Positions 19,874 to 30,066 are shown, counted from the stretch's first letter. The stretch is 64,000 nt of DNA from Methanoregula sp. (GCA_030694985.1 JAUYTV010000017.1:3747-67746), one strand, 5' to 3'. Numbers and translations: made by a program. The notes: generated from the letters alone by a model not told the origin.

Positions 19874-20308
19874 TCAGAGCGGCCATCTGCGTTTATGCCC
19901 GGACTCACAAAGCCCCTTGCACCGGTTGAAGTATGTCTCACCCCATATCCATGGCTGATAGGTGCAACACATATCAGGCTTCACGAGATGAATCCCGCAA
20001 AGGTACCGCCCCTTTGCTACGCGGCGCAGGAACGGGCAGACGGTGACATAATCACCGGTATCGGGATTTTGCATCTCTACAGACACAATGCTTCCGAGGT
20101 CGTCGGCCTTGAGGTCCGCACAATTTATTGGTGTGCTTTTTTCAATGAATGCAACAAACCAGCGCAGGATATCAGTCCGCCCCTGCTCTATCCATATGTA
20201 CAAGTTCGATGGTGTTGGTGTAATATTGGGGCCGAAGATCCGACAGCAGAGTCCGCACTGCTCACAGGGCTCATCTTCTGTTGCTATCTCATCCATTTTG
20301 GTTTCCAT
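19874..20308 (-). CDS. YkgJ-family CxxCxxCC cysteine-cluster protein
   Basis: CEQCGLCC ... CPFL ... YLCGIHLVKPDMCC. Confidence 0.85.
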   Translation of the reverse strand: METKMDEIATEDEPCEQCGLCCRIFGPNITPTPSNLYIWIEQGRTDILRWFVAFIEKSTPINCADLKADDLGSIVSVEMQNPDTGDYVTVCPFLRRVAKGRYLCGIHLVKPDMCCTYQPWIWGETYFNRCKGLCESGHKRRWPL

Positions 20309-20350
20309 CCACTATTCATCCAGTGTCGGGATAATTTTTGCCAAAAAAAA

Positions 20351-21211
20351 TTATTTGCCCAACGGGGACACATTCGTCCCGAGGAAATACAGGGCGTTAT
20401 TTCCGTACTCAACCGGTGCATAATGGGACCCGACATGCGGGAGTCCTTTAAACCGCACAAGCCACGAGCCATTGATCTGACCTGCCATCTGGACGGTAAC
20501 TGGCTCTGGAGTCAATACATCTGCGGTACCTACAACGAGCATGACATCTTTATTAATTCCGGAAAGATTAGCATAGGACCCGTTCCATATGAGGTTTGCC
20601 TTTGCCTCTTTGTGAACACCTTCAGACTGGGCAGGATTGACTGCATTGAATTCAATGGCATCGAGCAGTAGTTTTGTCTGGGGGATCCTGACGCTGTAGG
20701 TAACAGAATCGAGTACCAGCTTTCTTACACGTTCAGGGTGATCGATGACCAGCTGCTGGGCAATTGAAGATCCCATAGAGACACCGTAAACATGCATGCT
20801 GTCATAACCAAGAGCAGGCATGATTGCTGCAGCATCATCGGCGTACTGGGAGAGAGTTGTTGTCGAATTACTGTCACTGCTGTATCCCATTCCCCGGTTG
20901 TCAAAGGTATAGACATGGTATTTTGTGGCAAGGATGCCAATAAAAGTCTGGTTCCAGTTATTAATGGTATTGCCAAATCCCTGGATCATGAGGATGGGTT
21001 CACCGGACCCGAATTCCCGGTATCCCAGCGTCACACCGTTTACCTGTTTATACTGGACGGGAGTTGCATTGAACGATACGGTCGGAATCTGCTGGATTGC
21101 CACACTTGTGGTAGCGGGTTGTACGGTGCCAGAAGTACCCATACACCCCGCAGCAGCTAGCAGGCAGATAGTGAGTGCGATTGTAAGAATTAACTGAAGT
21201 TTCTTGTTCAT
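20351..21211 (-). CDS. exported alpha/beta-fold hydrolase
   Basis: Signal ending LLAAAGC; GSGEPILMIQGF, DNRGMGYS, GVSMG elbow, GTAD, GLPH. Confidence 0.9.
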   Translation of the reverse strand: MNKKLQLILTIALTICLLAAAGCMGTSGTVQPATTSVAIQQIPTVSFNATPVQYKQVNGVTLGYREFGSGEPILMIQGFGNTINNWNQTFIGILATKYHVYTFDNRGMGYSSDSNSTTTLSQYADDAAAIMPALGYDSMHVYGVSMGSSIAQQLVIDHPERVRKLVLDSVTYSVRIPQTKLLLDAIEFNAVNPAQSEGVHKEAKANLIWNGSYANLSGINKDVMLVVGTADVLTPEPVTVQMAGQINGSWLVRFKGLPHVGSHYAPVEYGNNALYFLGTNVSPLGK

Positions 21212-21523
21212 AAAAAATCCTCGTAACTAACTAATCAGTATAAAAAACGTATTTGATTTTATTGGTCTAAACCTAAAAATAATTTGCTGCGGTTAAAATC
21301 ACCGGGAAATATCAATTCGTTGAGCGTGAGATCGCATTTCCCTATGACACAAATAAATGATCAAACACTTTTGGGTTGCTATTTTTTTCAAGCTAAGATA
21401 ATGACCTTGCTAAATGGCATTTTCCTTTATAATAGCCCGCTTAGAATGGGTAAACTACATAGAATTTTCATAATGCTAAAAAAATCAACCATTTTATAAG
21501 CAATCAGGGTAATAATCAGAGTC

Positions 21524-21806
21524 AGGTAAAAAACGTGAGCAGGGTTCATTTTTTTAAGCCATGTGCCAGGAGACGAACTGATACTGGCCTGTAAGGAATA
21601 TGGGGTTACTGTAGATGCAGAGTCAAAAAAGCACCTTTTCCAGCGAGGCTTTTAAGAAGCACACCCGTTACTGATTATACCCGATTCAGGAGATTTTATC
21701 TATCAGCAGCATCACAATCAAAAAAAATGACGAGCCCGGTAAGACAGCACGGTTTGATATGATGGTGCCAAAAGGTATGTGGCGTATGAACGGCAAGGAT
21801 GCATAA
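21524..21806 (+). pseudogene. decayed HATPase tail of a histidine kinase
   Basis: Manual translation across frameshifts and stops: GDELILACKEYGVTVDAESKKHLFQRGF* ... EILSISSITIKKNDEPGKTARFDMMVPKGMWRMNGKDA*; its TAA overlaps the next ATG. Confidence 0.8.
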
Positions 21807-24052
21807 TGACTGCGACAATTCGCATCCTCTATGTTGATGACGAACCTTCCCTTCTCGATATTGGCAAGCTGTTCCTTGAGAAAGGAGGAGTGCTTACTGT
21901 CGATACGCTCACATCTGCAATAGAGGCACTGGAGCAGTTGAAAACAAAGCGGTATGATGCGATCCTTTCCGATTACCAGATGCCGGAGATGGATGGGATC
22001 ACGTTCCTTAAACAACTCAAAGCATTAGGTGATAAAACTCCGTTTATCATTTTTACCGGAAGGGGCAGGGAAGAGGTAGTCATTGAAGCGCTGAACAGCG
22101 GTGCGGACTTCTATATCCAGAAGGGCGGCGATCCAAAGTCGCAGTTTGCCGAACTCTCGCACAAGATTAAAACAGCAGTCAGCCGCCAAAAGACAGAAAA
22201 ACTGGCAAAGGATACGGATAGACGGCTCAATGATATTATTAATTTCCTCCCGGATGCGACCTTTGCAATAGATACTAAAGGAACCGTGATTGCATGGAAC
22301 AAAGCAATTGAGGAGATGACCGGCGTTCCTGCCCGCGAGATGCTCGGCAAGGGAAATTATGAATACGCCATACCCTTTTATGGTGAGCGTCGTCCTATCC
22401 TGATAAATCTCGTATCCATCCCTGACGAAGAGCTCACACAAGGTAAATATGCAGTCATCAAAAAAGAGGGAGATATCCTGATCGCCGAGACCGAACTTCC
22501 CCGTCCTTTGGGAAGATATTCAGTCCTGCTTGGAAAGGCATCCATTCTCTATAATGATGAAGGGCAGGTTATTGGCGCTATTGAATCCATTAGAGATATC
22601 ACTGACATGAAAATGGCAGAGAAGGCACTCGCTGAGAGCAGGCGTCGACTTGAGGCAATGGCCACCAACATTTTCGGGGTTGTCTACCGATTCTGCGCAA
22701 ACCCTGATGGAACATACGGGTTTGATTATATAGGAGAGCGCAGCCGGCAGATCCTTGGTCTGGAGAATGACCCGGTTTCATTTTTTCAACGGGTTTATGA
22801 GGGTATCGTTCCAGAAGAACGACAACGATTCATCAGATCGGTTCAGCACGCCATCAGCACAAAAACTCTCTGGGAATTTAGCAGCTGGTATGTGAAACCC
22901 TCAGGAAAAAAGATCTGGATCAGTGCTGTATCCAGCCCGGCAATTGAAAATGAGCGGCTCGTTTTTGACGGTGTTATTTTTGACAATACCGAGTGTAAAA
23001 AAGCAGAAGAGTTTATGCAGATGAGCGAATTGAAATATCGTTTGCTTATCGAATCTTCAAGCGATGCGATTTTTTGCGTAGATGAGAATGGAGCGTACCA
23101 ATTTACCAATCTCATATTTGCATCAACCTTTGCTAAAACGCCTGAGTTTTTTATTGGAAAAACCTTCTGGGACATTTACCCAAAAGAGCATGCCGATCTC
23201 CGTCAATTGGCAAACCTCAAAGTGTTTGAAACAGGAGAGGTCCAGACCCTTGAAGTCGAAGTTCCCTTACCTCATACAACATTATATTTTCTCGCTAAAG
23301 CAAATCCGATAAAAGATGAAACAGGCAAAGTAATCTTAAATCTTACCCATGCAACAGACATCACTGACAGAAAGCGGGTGGAACAAGCAATCCGGCAGGC
23401 AAACCAAAAACTCCTCTTACTCTTAAGTATCACCCGGCACGACATCAACAACCAGCTTACGGTGCTGCTGGGATATCAGGAGTTAGTAGCGATAAAGCAG
23501 GTGGATCACCATCTCATTGATTATTGCCAGAAGGTCATAACCGCTGCACAGCGGATTTATGCCATGATCCAGTTCACCAAAGAATACGAGAGTCTTGGAA
23601 TATCAGCACCTGCATGGTATGATACCAGCACACTCATTCAGACTGCGGCAAAGCAAGCTTCGCTGGGAAAAGTCATGGTAAAAAACGATATTCCTTCAGG
23701 ATATGAAATGTTTGCTGACCCGCTAATAATCAAAGTCTGCTACAACCTGATGGAAAATGCTGTGCAATATGGCAAGAAGATCACAACTATCCGGTTCTCT
23801 GTTCTGGAACGTAACGATGAACATCTCATTATATGCGAAGATGATGGGGTGGGGGTTCTTGCAGAAGAAAAAGAAAAGATCTTCGAGCGGGGTTTTGGGA
23901 AGAACACCGGACTTGGTTTAGCCTTGTCCCGCGAGATACTCTCAATCACGGGCATCACCATAAAAGAGACCGGTGAGCCGGGCATAGGAGCCCGGTTTGA
24001 GCTGACCGTGCCTAATGGTATGTGGCGGATTGGGGGAAAGAAAGAAAAATGA
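21806..24052 (+). CDS. hybrid sensor histidine kinase (REC-PAS-PAS-PAS-HisKA-HATPase)
   Basis: ILYVDDE, LSDYQMP; three PAS/PAC segments; SITRHDINNQL; NLMENA, EDDGVG, GFGKNTGLGL. Confidence 0.93.
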   Translation: MTATIRILYVDDEPSLLDIGKLFLEKGGVLTVDTLTSAIEALEQLKTKRYDAILSDYQMPEMDGITFLKQLKALGDKTPFIIFTGRGREEVVIEALNSGADFYIQKGGDPKSQFAELSHKIKTAVSRQKTEKLAKDTDRRLNDIINFLPDATFAIDTKGTVIAWNKAIEEMTGVPAREMLGKGNYEYAIPFYGERRPILINLVSIPDEELTQGKYAVIKKEGDILIAETELPRPLGRYSVLLGKASILYNDEGQVIGAIESIRDITDMKMAEKALAESRRRLEAMATNIFGVVYRFCANPDGTYGFDYIGERSRQILGLENDPVSFFQRVYEGIVPEERQRFIRSVQHAISTKTLWEFSSWYVKPSGKKIWISAVSSPAIENERLVFDGVIFDNTECKKAEEFMQMSELKYRLLIESSSDAIFCVDENGAYQFTNLIFASTFAKTPEFFIGKTFWDIYPKEHADLRQLANLKVFETGEVQTLEVEVPLPHTTLYFLAKANPIKDETGKVILNLTHATDITDRKRVEQAIRQANQKLLLLLSITRHDINNQLTVLLGYQELVAIKQVDHHLIDYCQKVITAAQRIYAMIQFTKEYESLGISAPAWYDTSTLIQTAAKQASLGKVMVKNDIPSGYEMFADPLIIKVCYNLMENAVQYGKKITTIRFSVLERNDEHLIICEDDGVGVLAEEKEKIFERGFGKNTGLGLALSREILSITGITIKETGEPGIGARFELTVPNGMWRIGGKKEK

Positions 24053-25182
24053 CAGGTACAATCAGGGTTCTCTATGTGGATGACGAACCTTCCCTGCTTG
24101 ATATCGGCAAGCTGTTCCTTGAGATGGACGGAACTTTTGCAGTCGATACGTTCACTTCTGTTTCTGAAGCACTCACGCAGCTGAAGATGGAACGATATGA
24201 TGCCATCCTGTCAGATTACCAGATGCCGGAGATGGATGGCATCACGTTTCTTAAACAGATAAGAGCCTCTCAAAATAGAACCCCGTTTATCATCTTCACT
24301 GGCAGAGGGCGTGAAGATGTGGTGATTGAGGCGCTCAACAACGGGGCTGATTTTTACATTCAGAAAGGCGGTGAGCCCAAGAGCCAGTATGCAGAGCTTT
24401 CGAATAAGATTCGTTACGCTGTTTCAAAGAAGCATTCTGAAGAAGCGTTAGGGGAAAGTGAGTTGCTTGAAAAGGAGATGGAGTACCATGAAAAGGAACT
24501 CATGAAATATTACAACCAAACGTTAGATGATGCAAACAAGAAACTTACATTACTCTCCGGAATCACGCGACACGACATCATCAGCCAGCTGACCGCATTG
24601 CAATTATACCTTGAAATTCTGGAAAATAAGCTGCCAGACTCATCTTACCATGAGTATTTTAAAAAGATTGGGATTGCTACAGACCGGATCTATTCTATTG
24701 TTCGGTTCACCCAGGAATACGAAACGATTGGAGTTAATACTCCCGTATGGGTGGATGTCAGTGCAATTGTTGATGCTGCAAAAAAAGAGGGTGTTTCTGC
24801 ACACCTCCAACTCGTAAACGATCTTCCTGCCAACTTCGAAGTTTTCTCTGATGCCCTGATTGCCAATGTCTGTTACAACCTCATAGACAATGCGGTGCGA
24901 TATGGGGGGAAGATCACAATGATCCGGTTCTCTGTTGAAGACGCCGGCGATTACCATCGTATCGTGTGCGAAGATGATGGAAACGGTGTGGTTGCTGAAG
25001 AAAAGGAGAAGATTTTTACCCGGGGTTTTGGCAAGAACACCGGACTTGGGTTAGCACTTTCCCGTGAAATCCTCTTAATCACGGGTATCACGATCAAAGA
25101 GAACGGTGAGCCGGGCAAAGGAGCCCGGTTTGATATCGTGGTACCGGATGGTGCGTGGCGTATAGGGGGGAGGGAAGACTGA
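24049..25182 (+). CDS. hybrid histidine kinase (REC-HisKA-HATPase, no sensor domain)
   Basis: VLYVDDE; GITRHDIISQL; NLIDNA, EDDGNG, GFGKNTGLGL; ATGA overlap with the upstream kinase. Confidence 0.92.
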   Translation: MTGTIRVLYVDDEPSLLDIGKLFLEMDGTFAVDTFTSVSEALTQLKMERYDAILSDYQMPEMDGITFLKQIRASQNRTPFIIFTGRGREDVVIEALNNGADFYIQKGGEPKSQYAELSNKIRYAVSKKHSEEALGESELLEKEMEYHEKELMKYYNQTLDDANKKLTLLSGITRHDIISQLTALQLYLEILENKLPDSSYHEYFKKIGIATDRIYSIVRFTQEYETIGVNTPVWVDVSAIVDAAKKEGVSAHLQLVNDLPANFEVFSDALIANVCYNLIDNAVRYGGKITMIRFSVEDAGDYHRIVCEDDGNGVVAEEKEKIFTRGFGKNTGLGLALSREILLITGITIKENGEPGKGARFDIVVPDGAWRIGGRED

Positions 25183-25781
25183 TTGGCGCAGGAAAGACAA
25201 AAAATTAGAAGAGATGAACACTAGATGCTCCCGATATCGATTGTTTGTTGCGAAACGATGCATACGTTCATAACAGATATTGCAAGTTTAGCAGGAGCAA
25301 TGAAGTTGAAATTCGTAATGCCATCGACAGCAACAAGCTTGCCAATGTTTTTCCTTTAAATCCTGTGCCTCAATGATCGAAGTATTGAATTCCTCGCATT
25401 AATTCAGTGATTTGTTTGAGGGTGAATTAACATTCTCAGACGATACCGGCGAATTTTAAAACACCCTGTTGTCGGGAGGGAAAAGTGCTGTTCATTATCG
25501 GTGCTTTGCATGCGCGACCTCGTTACAGGAAACGACAGAAGAAAATTTTTAAAAATGTTCAAATATTCTGATTAATTCAAATCCGGGGGTATATTGAAGG
25601 ATTGCGCAATTCATAAATTATCAGACAGATCATGCGTTTTTATTTGATTGTGACTTAATTTCAGAACAAAAACGATTGTTTACCCCAATTCTATGCGTGA
25701 AAATGCTATTGTGACCATAATATTTATTAGTTCCGAAATTTAAAAAAATATAACCCATTCCGGTAGGAGGTGGAAAATCAC

Positions 25782-26120
25782 ATGGCAGCAGCAAAGAAAG
25801 CAGCGGCAAAGAAGCCGGAAGTAAAGAAGGCATTAGCAAAGAAACCTGTAGCTAAAAAGGTAGTTGCAAAAAAACCAGTTGCTAAGACGGTAGCAGCTAA
25901 GAAGTCAGTAGCTAAAAAGGTAGTTGCAAAGAAACCCGTAGCAAAGGCAGCAGCAGCTAATAAGCCAGTAGCTAAAAAGGTAGTTGCAAAGAAACCCGTA
26001 GCTAAGACGGTAGCAGCTAAGAAGCCAGTAGCTAAGACGGTAGCAGCTAAGAAACCTGTAGCTAAAAAGGTAGTTGCAAAAAAACCAGTAGCTAAAAAGG
26101 CAGCACCCAAGAAGAAGTAA
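25782..26120 (+). CDS. histone-H1-like Lys/Ala/Val/Pro pentapeptide-repeat basic protein
   Basis: GGAGGTG ribosome-binding site before ATG 25782; 112 aa made almost entirely of KKPVA/KKVVA/KTVAA units. Confidence 0.85.
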   Translation: MAAAKKAAAKKPEVKKALAKKPVAKKVVAKKPVAKTVAAKKSVAKKVVAKKPVAKAAAANKPVAKKVVAKKPVAKTVAAKKPVAKTVAAKKPVAKKVVAKKPVAKKAAPKKK

Positions 26121-26148
26121 TGCCTGAATCTCAACACTTTTTTTATTG

Positions 26149-26252
26149 GAATTTTTTAGACATTACCGGTATCTCCCTCCATGCGAGCGGCGAACCGGGC
26201 AAAGGAACAAGGTTTTTGGATGGTGATGCCAAAAGGGACGTACCGGTTCTAA
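26149..26252 (+). pseudogene. second decayed histidine-kinase C-terminal tail
   Basis: LDITGISLHASGEPGKGTRF, frameshift, MVMPKGTYRF*; matches the ITGITIKETGEPGxGARF tails of neighbouring kinases. Confidence 0.75.
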
Positions 26253-26522
26253 AAATGAACGAAAAAAATGGGTTTTTAGAGGCCGGTATACTGGGCGGTC
26301 AGCGGGTAAAAAAACTAAAATAACCTGCATGAGAACCGAAGGCTATGCAAAAAGTGCGAGAAAAATTTTGAATTATTCAAAAGGGGACTTGTGTTAAGTG
26401 TGAATGCAAAACTATTGCATCCTTTTTTGATGCGTTTTTTAATACTGCAGGACCGGACAAATGTGACATATCATAAAGGTTGTCCATTAGTATTATGATG
26501 CAGAGAAAATCATAGATTAGAG

Positions 26523-27077
26523 ATGACTGATAAAAAGTACGAATCCTTAAAGATTGAGAACATTGTTGCATCCGGTGTAATCGCCGAATCCATTGATCTT
26601 GTTGTATTGTCAGAAAAGATTGAGAACTGCGAACTCAATAAAAAACGGTTCCCCGGTGCGGTATATCGTATTCAGGACCCCAAGATTGCGGCCCTGATCT
26701 TTTCGTCAGGCAAGGTAGTGCTTACCGGCATCCGTAACGATAAGGCGTTGGCAGACGGACTTGCAATCATCATAAAATCGTTAATACAGGCAGGTATCAA
26801 ACCCTTAAAAGAGCCAAAAATTGCTGTTACCAATATGGTCTGTTCATACAATCTTGGCACACATATCAATCTCAACAAGATCGTTGTCACGCTCAATGTT
26901 GAAAATATCGAGTACGAACCCGAACAGTTCCCCGGACTGGTATACCGGATAAAAGATCCCAAGATTGTTGTCCTTATTTTTTCATCAGGAAAGATCATAC
27001 TTACGGGAGGCAAGAATCTTGATGACGTCAAAAGGGGTCTTGCTGTCCTCGAACAGAAACTTGAAACCATAATGTAG
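26523..27077 (+). CDS. tbp: TATA-box-binding protein
   Basis: Two TBP repeats: ENIVAS..FPGAVYRIQDPK..LIFSSGKVVLTG and NMVCS..EPEQFPGLVYR..LIFSSGKIILTG. Confidence 0.98.
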   Translation: MTDKKYESLKIENIVASGVIAESIDLVVLSEKIENCELNKKRFPGAVYRIQDPKIAALIFSSGKVVLTGIRNDKALADGLAIIIKSLIQAGIKPLKEPKIAVTNMVCSYNLGTHINLNKIVVTLNVENIEYEPEQFPGLVYRIKDPKIVVLIFSSGKIILTGGKNLDDVKRGLAVLEQKLETIM

Positions 27078-27292
27078 AAGTAAAATATTTTTTTTATTCT
27101 AACTACGATAGACAAGGGAACACTGCCGCAAACCCGAAATGTGAGTATTGCTTTTTTTTACGCTCAATGCCGCTAAGCGACCATAACCCGTATTCATTTA
27201 AAAAAAACCTGTTTTTCAGACATCGTCAAAAAAAATACCCCCATTCAAGGGGTCTCTTGTGAGCAAAAAAAATAGTTATGCCTAAAAATAAA

Positions 27293-28828
27293 CTAACCCC
27301 GTGTGGCAGATTTAGGTAATACCAGCATAAATGCAGTCCCATTCTCTGGATTACTGGAAACCGTAATATCCCCGTTTAACTTTTCTGCCATCTGTTTTGC
27401 AACCGGAAGACTCAGGCCGATAAAGCCGGATTTTTCCAGCAGCTTTGATTCATCGCCTACATAGTATGGCTTGAATACATTTGGTATGATCTCATGTGCA
27501 ATGACTGCACTGCGGTTTCGGATTGCAAAAAAATTATTGATTTTGTCGTCATAATGCGAGATCTCAATTTTTGCAGGGGTTTTGGAATACTGGATGATAT
27601 TATACATCAGGCTCTGGAGGATTAAATAAAAGTATTCACTGTCAGTGATGAGTTTTAATTCATCAGGAATTGTGATATCTACGGCAATATCACTGGAGCA
27701 CCTGATGACAGAGATATAAGAGATGAGCAGTTGTCGCGGGGAAATTTCCCGGTAATTTGGCTTGAACTTTGGCAGCATCTGTTCAGGGCCGTATCCCAGG
27801 CTGCTCAATTTGAGGATATGCTCAATCATCTCCCGCATCAAATCAATATTTTTTGAGCATTTGCCAAGGATTACTTTTGCATCCGCATTCAGGCCATAGG
27901 AATCCGGATCATCAAGAACAAGGTGAAGGTATCCCATGACCGGCTGGAGGGGAGTGCGGAGTTCATGGGCGGCAAGTATGAGAAATTCCCGTTTTCTTAT
28001 CAGTTCGTGTCGGAGATCTTCTTCGATCTTCCGGAGCTCTGTGATGTCAAGAAGTGAATACACCCTTCGCGGAGTCTCTGGGATCATATCGAGGATTACG
28101 TAGACATTTTTTATATTGCCGTCACGGGCTTTGAGCCGGAACTCATAGTGTTGTGGCAGTTTGTCTCCTCTCTTTCTGACCCGTTCATGGAATTCTGTTA
28201 CTACCCCAAGGTCATTTCCCACAACAAAGGATAGCAGGCTGATCACCTCGGCCAGTTCCTCATTTGTGTAGCCGACCATCTTTTCAAATTCTGTGTTTGC
28301 CAGATAGATGGTCAGGTCGTCTTCGACTATGGCCATTGCTGTGCCGGAGTTTTCAAATATTGCCCGGTACAGGATTTCTGATTGTTGCAGGCTTCCTTCA
28401 GTACGCCGCCGGTCTTCATCGATATCCAGCGTTGAAACGATCGCATCCAGAATACGTCTCTCTTTTTCATCAATGGCAACGTACGTGAAACTCTTAACCG
28501 CCTCTTCCTCTGTGTCGTATAATAAGAACAGGCGGTCAAATCCTGCAATATGCACAATCTCTTTTACTGCAGGTTTTAAGCAGGCAAGTTTTAAGTCACC
28601 CTGCCTTTTTTTCACTTCCCTTAAGGCCACGATCAGTATGCGGAGACCGGAGCTGCTGATGTAGTTCAGATTTTTTAAATTGAGAACGATCTGTTGTGTT
28701 CCTGATGCAATCACGGTTTTAAATTCTGCTTCCGCTTCGATGGCAGTATTGGTATCAAGCCTGCCAGACATGCATACCACATCAATGGAATCTTGTTTTT
28801 TCCGGGTTATCTGCAGCACATCGGACAT
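27293..28828 (-). CDS. STAS (anti-anti-sigma-like)-PAS-HisKA-HATPase fusion with degenerate ATP-binding boxes
   Basis: GRLD..LNYISSSGLR (STAS); YRAIFENSG (PAS); AAHELRTPL (H-box); G1 box reads NRSAVI. Confidence 0.88.
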   Translation of the reverse strand: MSDVLQITRKKQDSIDVVCMSGRLDTNTAIEAEAEFKTVIASGTQQIVLNLKNLNYISSSGLRILIVALREVKKRQGDLKLACLKPAVKEIVHIAGFDRLFLLYDTEEEAVKSFTYVAIDEKERRILDAIVSTLDIDEDRRRTEGSLQQSEILYRAIFENSGTAMAIVEDDLTIYLANTEFEKMVGYTNEELAEVISLLSFVVGNDLGVVTEFHERVRKRGDKLPQHYEFRLKARDGNIKNVYVILDMIPETPRRVYSLLDITELRKIEEDLRHELIRKREFLILAAHELRTPLQPVMGYLHLVLDDPDSYGLNADAKVILGKCSKNIDLMREMIEHILKLSSLGYGPEQMLPKFKPNYREISPRQLLISYISVIRCSSDIAVDITIPDELKLITDSEYFYLILQSLMYNIIQYSKTPAKIEISHYDDKINNFFAIRNRSAVIAHEIIPNVFKPYYVGDESKLLEKSGFIGLSLPVAKQMAEKLNGDITVSSNPENGTAFMLVLPKSATRG

Positions 28829-28987
28829 TTACCGGATATTAATAAAGAGGTACTACATTAATTATGGCATTTTTTTCTGCTACGGCAGTATGGTAATAGC
28901 CATGTATAAAAAAATCGCCAAGTCGAGATAGCATCATGGACTAAATAATCCAATCGTAAATCAGTATTCTTTTGCAATGACAACTGC

Positions 28988-29248
28988 TTATTCTTCCTCG
29001 TTCTTCTGATCATAGTGCTCAATGAGTCTGCGCACCTCATCATACGCTTTTTGCTTGTCCTTGACCCCGGTAAAAAGGATACGGACTTCCTCGATATCGT
29101 CTTTTATGTATACTGCTTCATCGTACGCGATCAACAGAATTCTTCCATCAGGGCCAAAGGTGTGCTCTTCATATTCTCCTGTCATATACCGCTCGCGCTG
29201 CTCCTTTGTCGGCGCCGCATATTTGTTTTCGTACCGAAATACTGCCAT
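28988..29248 (-). CDS. hypothetical acidic protein
   Basis: 86-aa ORF with ATG start and normal coding composition. Confidence 0.7.
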   Translation of the reverse strand: MAVFRYENKYAAPTKEQRERYMTGEYEEHTFGPDGRILLIAYDEAVYIKDDIEEVRILFTGVKDKQKAYDEVRRLIEHYDQKNEEE

Positions 29249-29518
29249 AACAACTCTTATTGATTACTACTCTGCTCGGTTCACTAACTGCGTATTCATA
29301 TTAAAATTCATGTTTTTTTTTGGTCCATCAGGCAATTGTAAATATTGATCTGTTTTTGCCATTTTTTTAAATCAACTTCACAAAAAAACACCACTCCATT
29401 TTTAATCCACCTAAAGACCGGTGTTACTCGATACCCGGATCACAAAATTGGGGAGTGAGGTAATGGACATAAGATGATACATGGATTACTCCTTTAGTGC
29501 CTGTCCTGGCATAAAGAT

Positions 29519-29950
29519 TTATGCGCCGGGAAAAGATTGCCCCGCAGACTGTTCCAGATATGGCATGGAGAAGTGAACCTGCTCAATTACAAAACGGCTC
29601 CCTGTGTTTCGCAATACTATTGTTGACCTGCCGCATATTGTCTGCTTCTTTGTTCCCTCAAGAGTAAAAGTAATATTACTCTTTGAAGTTACCCACGCAA
29701 TCCGCCCCTCACCAAAAATTTTCACTCCAGAAAATTTTACCGAAATTGATGTTGCCTGGCTCAAATCGCGTTTGATTTGCCGGGTAAAGTCTTTTTTGTC
29801 CAGGATAACTTCATCAGCTCCGCTGCCATACCCGCTGATCTCTGAAGAGAATAAAGCCAATAATGTTTTTATGTCCTTTTTCTGGTATGCTGTACCGTAA
29901 TTGTGCAGGGTTTCTAAAACTTCTGCCTTCTGATCTTCAGTGAGCTTCAT
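29519..29950 (-). CDS. SnoaL/NTF2-like protein
   Basis: AYQKKDIKTLLALF..GSGADE..GRIAWV..GRSTIVL..IEQVHFS. Confidence 0.85.
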   Translation of the reverse strand: MKLTEDQKAEVLETLHNYGTAYQKKDIKTLLALFSSEISGYGSGADEVILDKKDFTRQIKRDLSQATSISVKFSGVKIFGEGRIAWVTSKSNITFTLEGTKKQTICGRSTIVLRNTGSRFVIEQVHFSMPYLEQSAGQSFPGA

Positions 29951-30066
29951 AGCTATTGGTTGTCAATACCACTCTATTATCTTTTTGATATTTTTTATTG
30001 GAAAAAAGAGAGGATAAAAGAATATTGATACACAATAACGGTCTATTGTGTAACAGGAGCAGGATT

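Noticed and set aside
19895-20671. 258-aa plus-strand ORF
   Set aside because: It is an antisense shadow of two well-supported minus-strand genes
25778-26137. Hydrophobic FLAT/FFAT-repeat ORF on the minus strand
   Set aside because: It is the antisense reading of the Lys/Ala repeat gene, which has the ribosome-binding site
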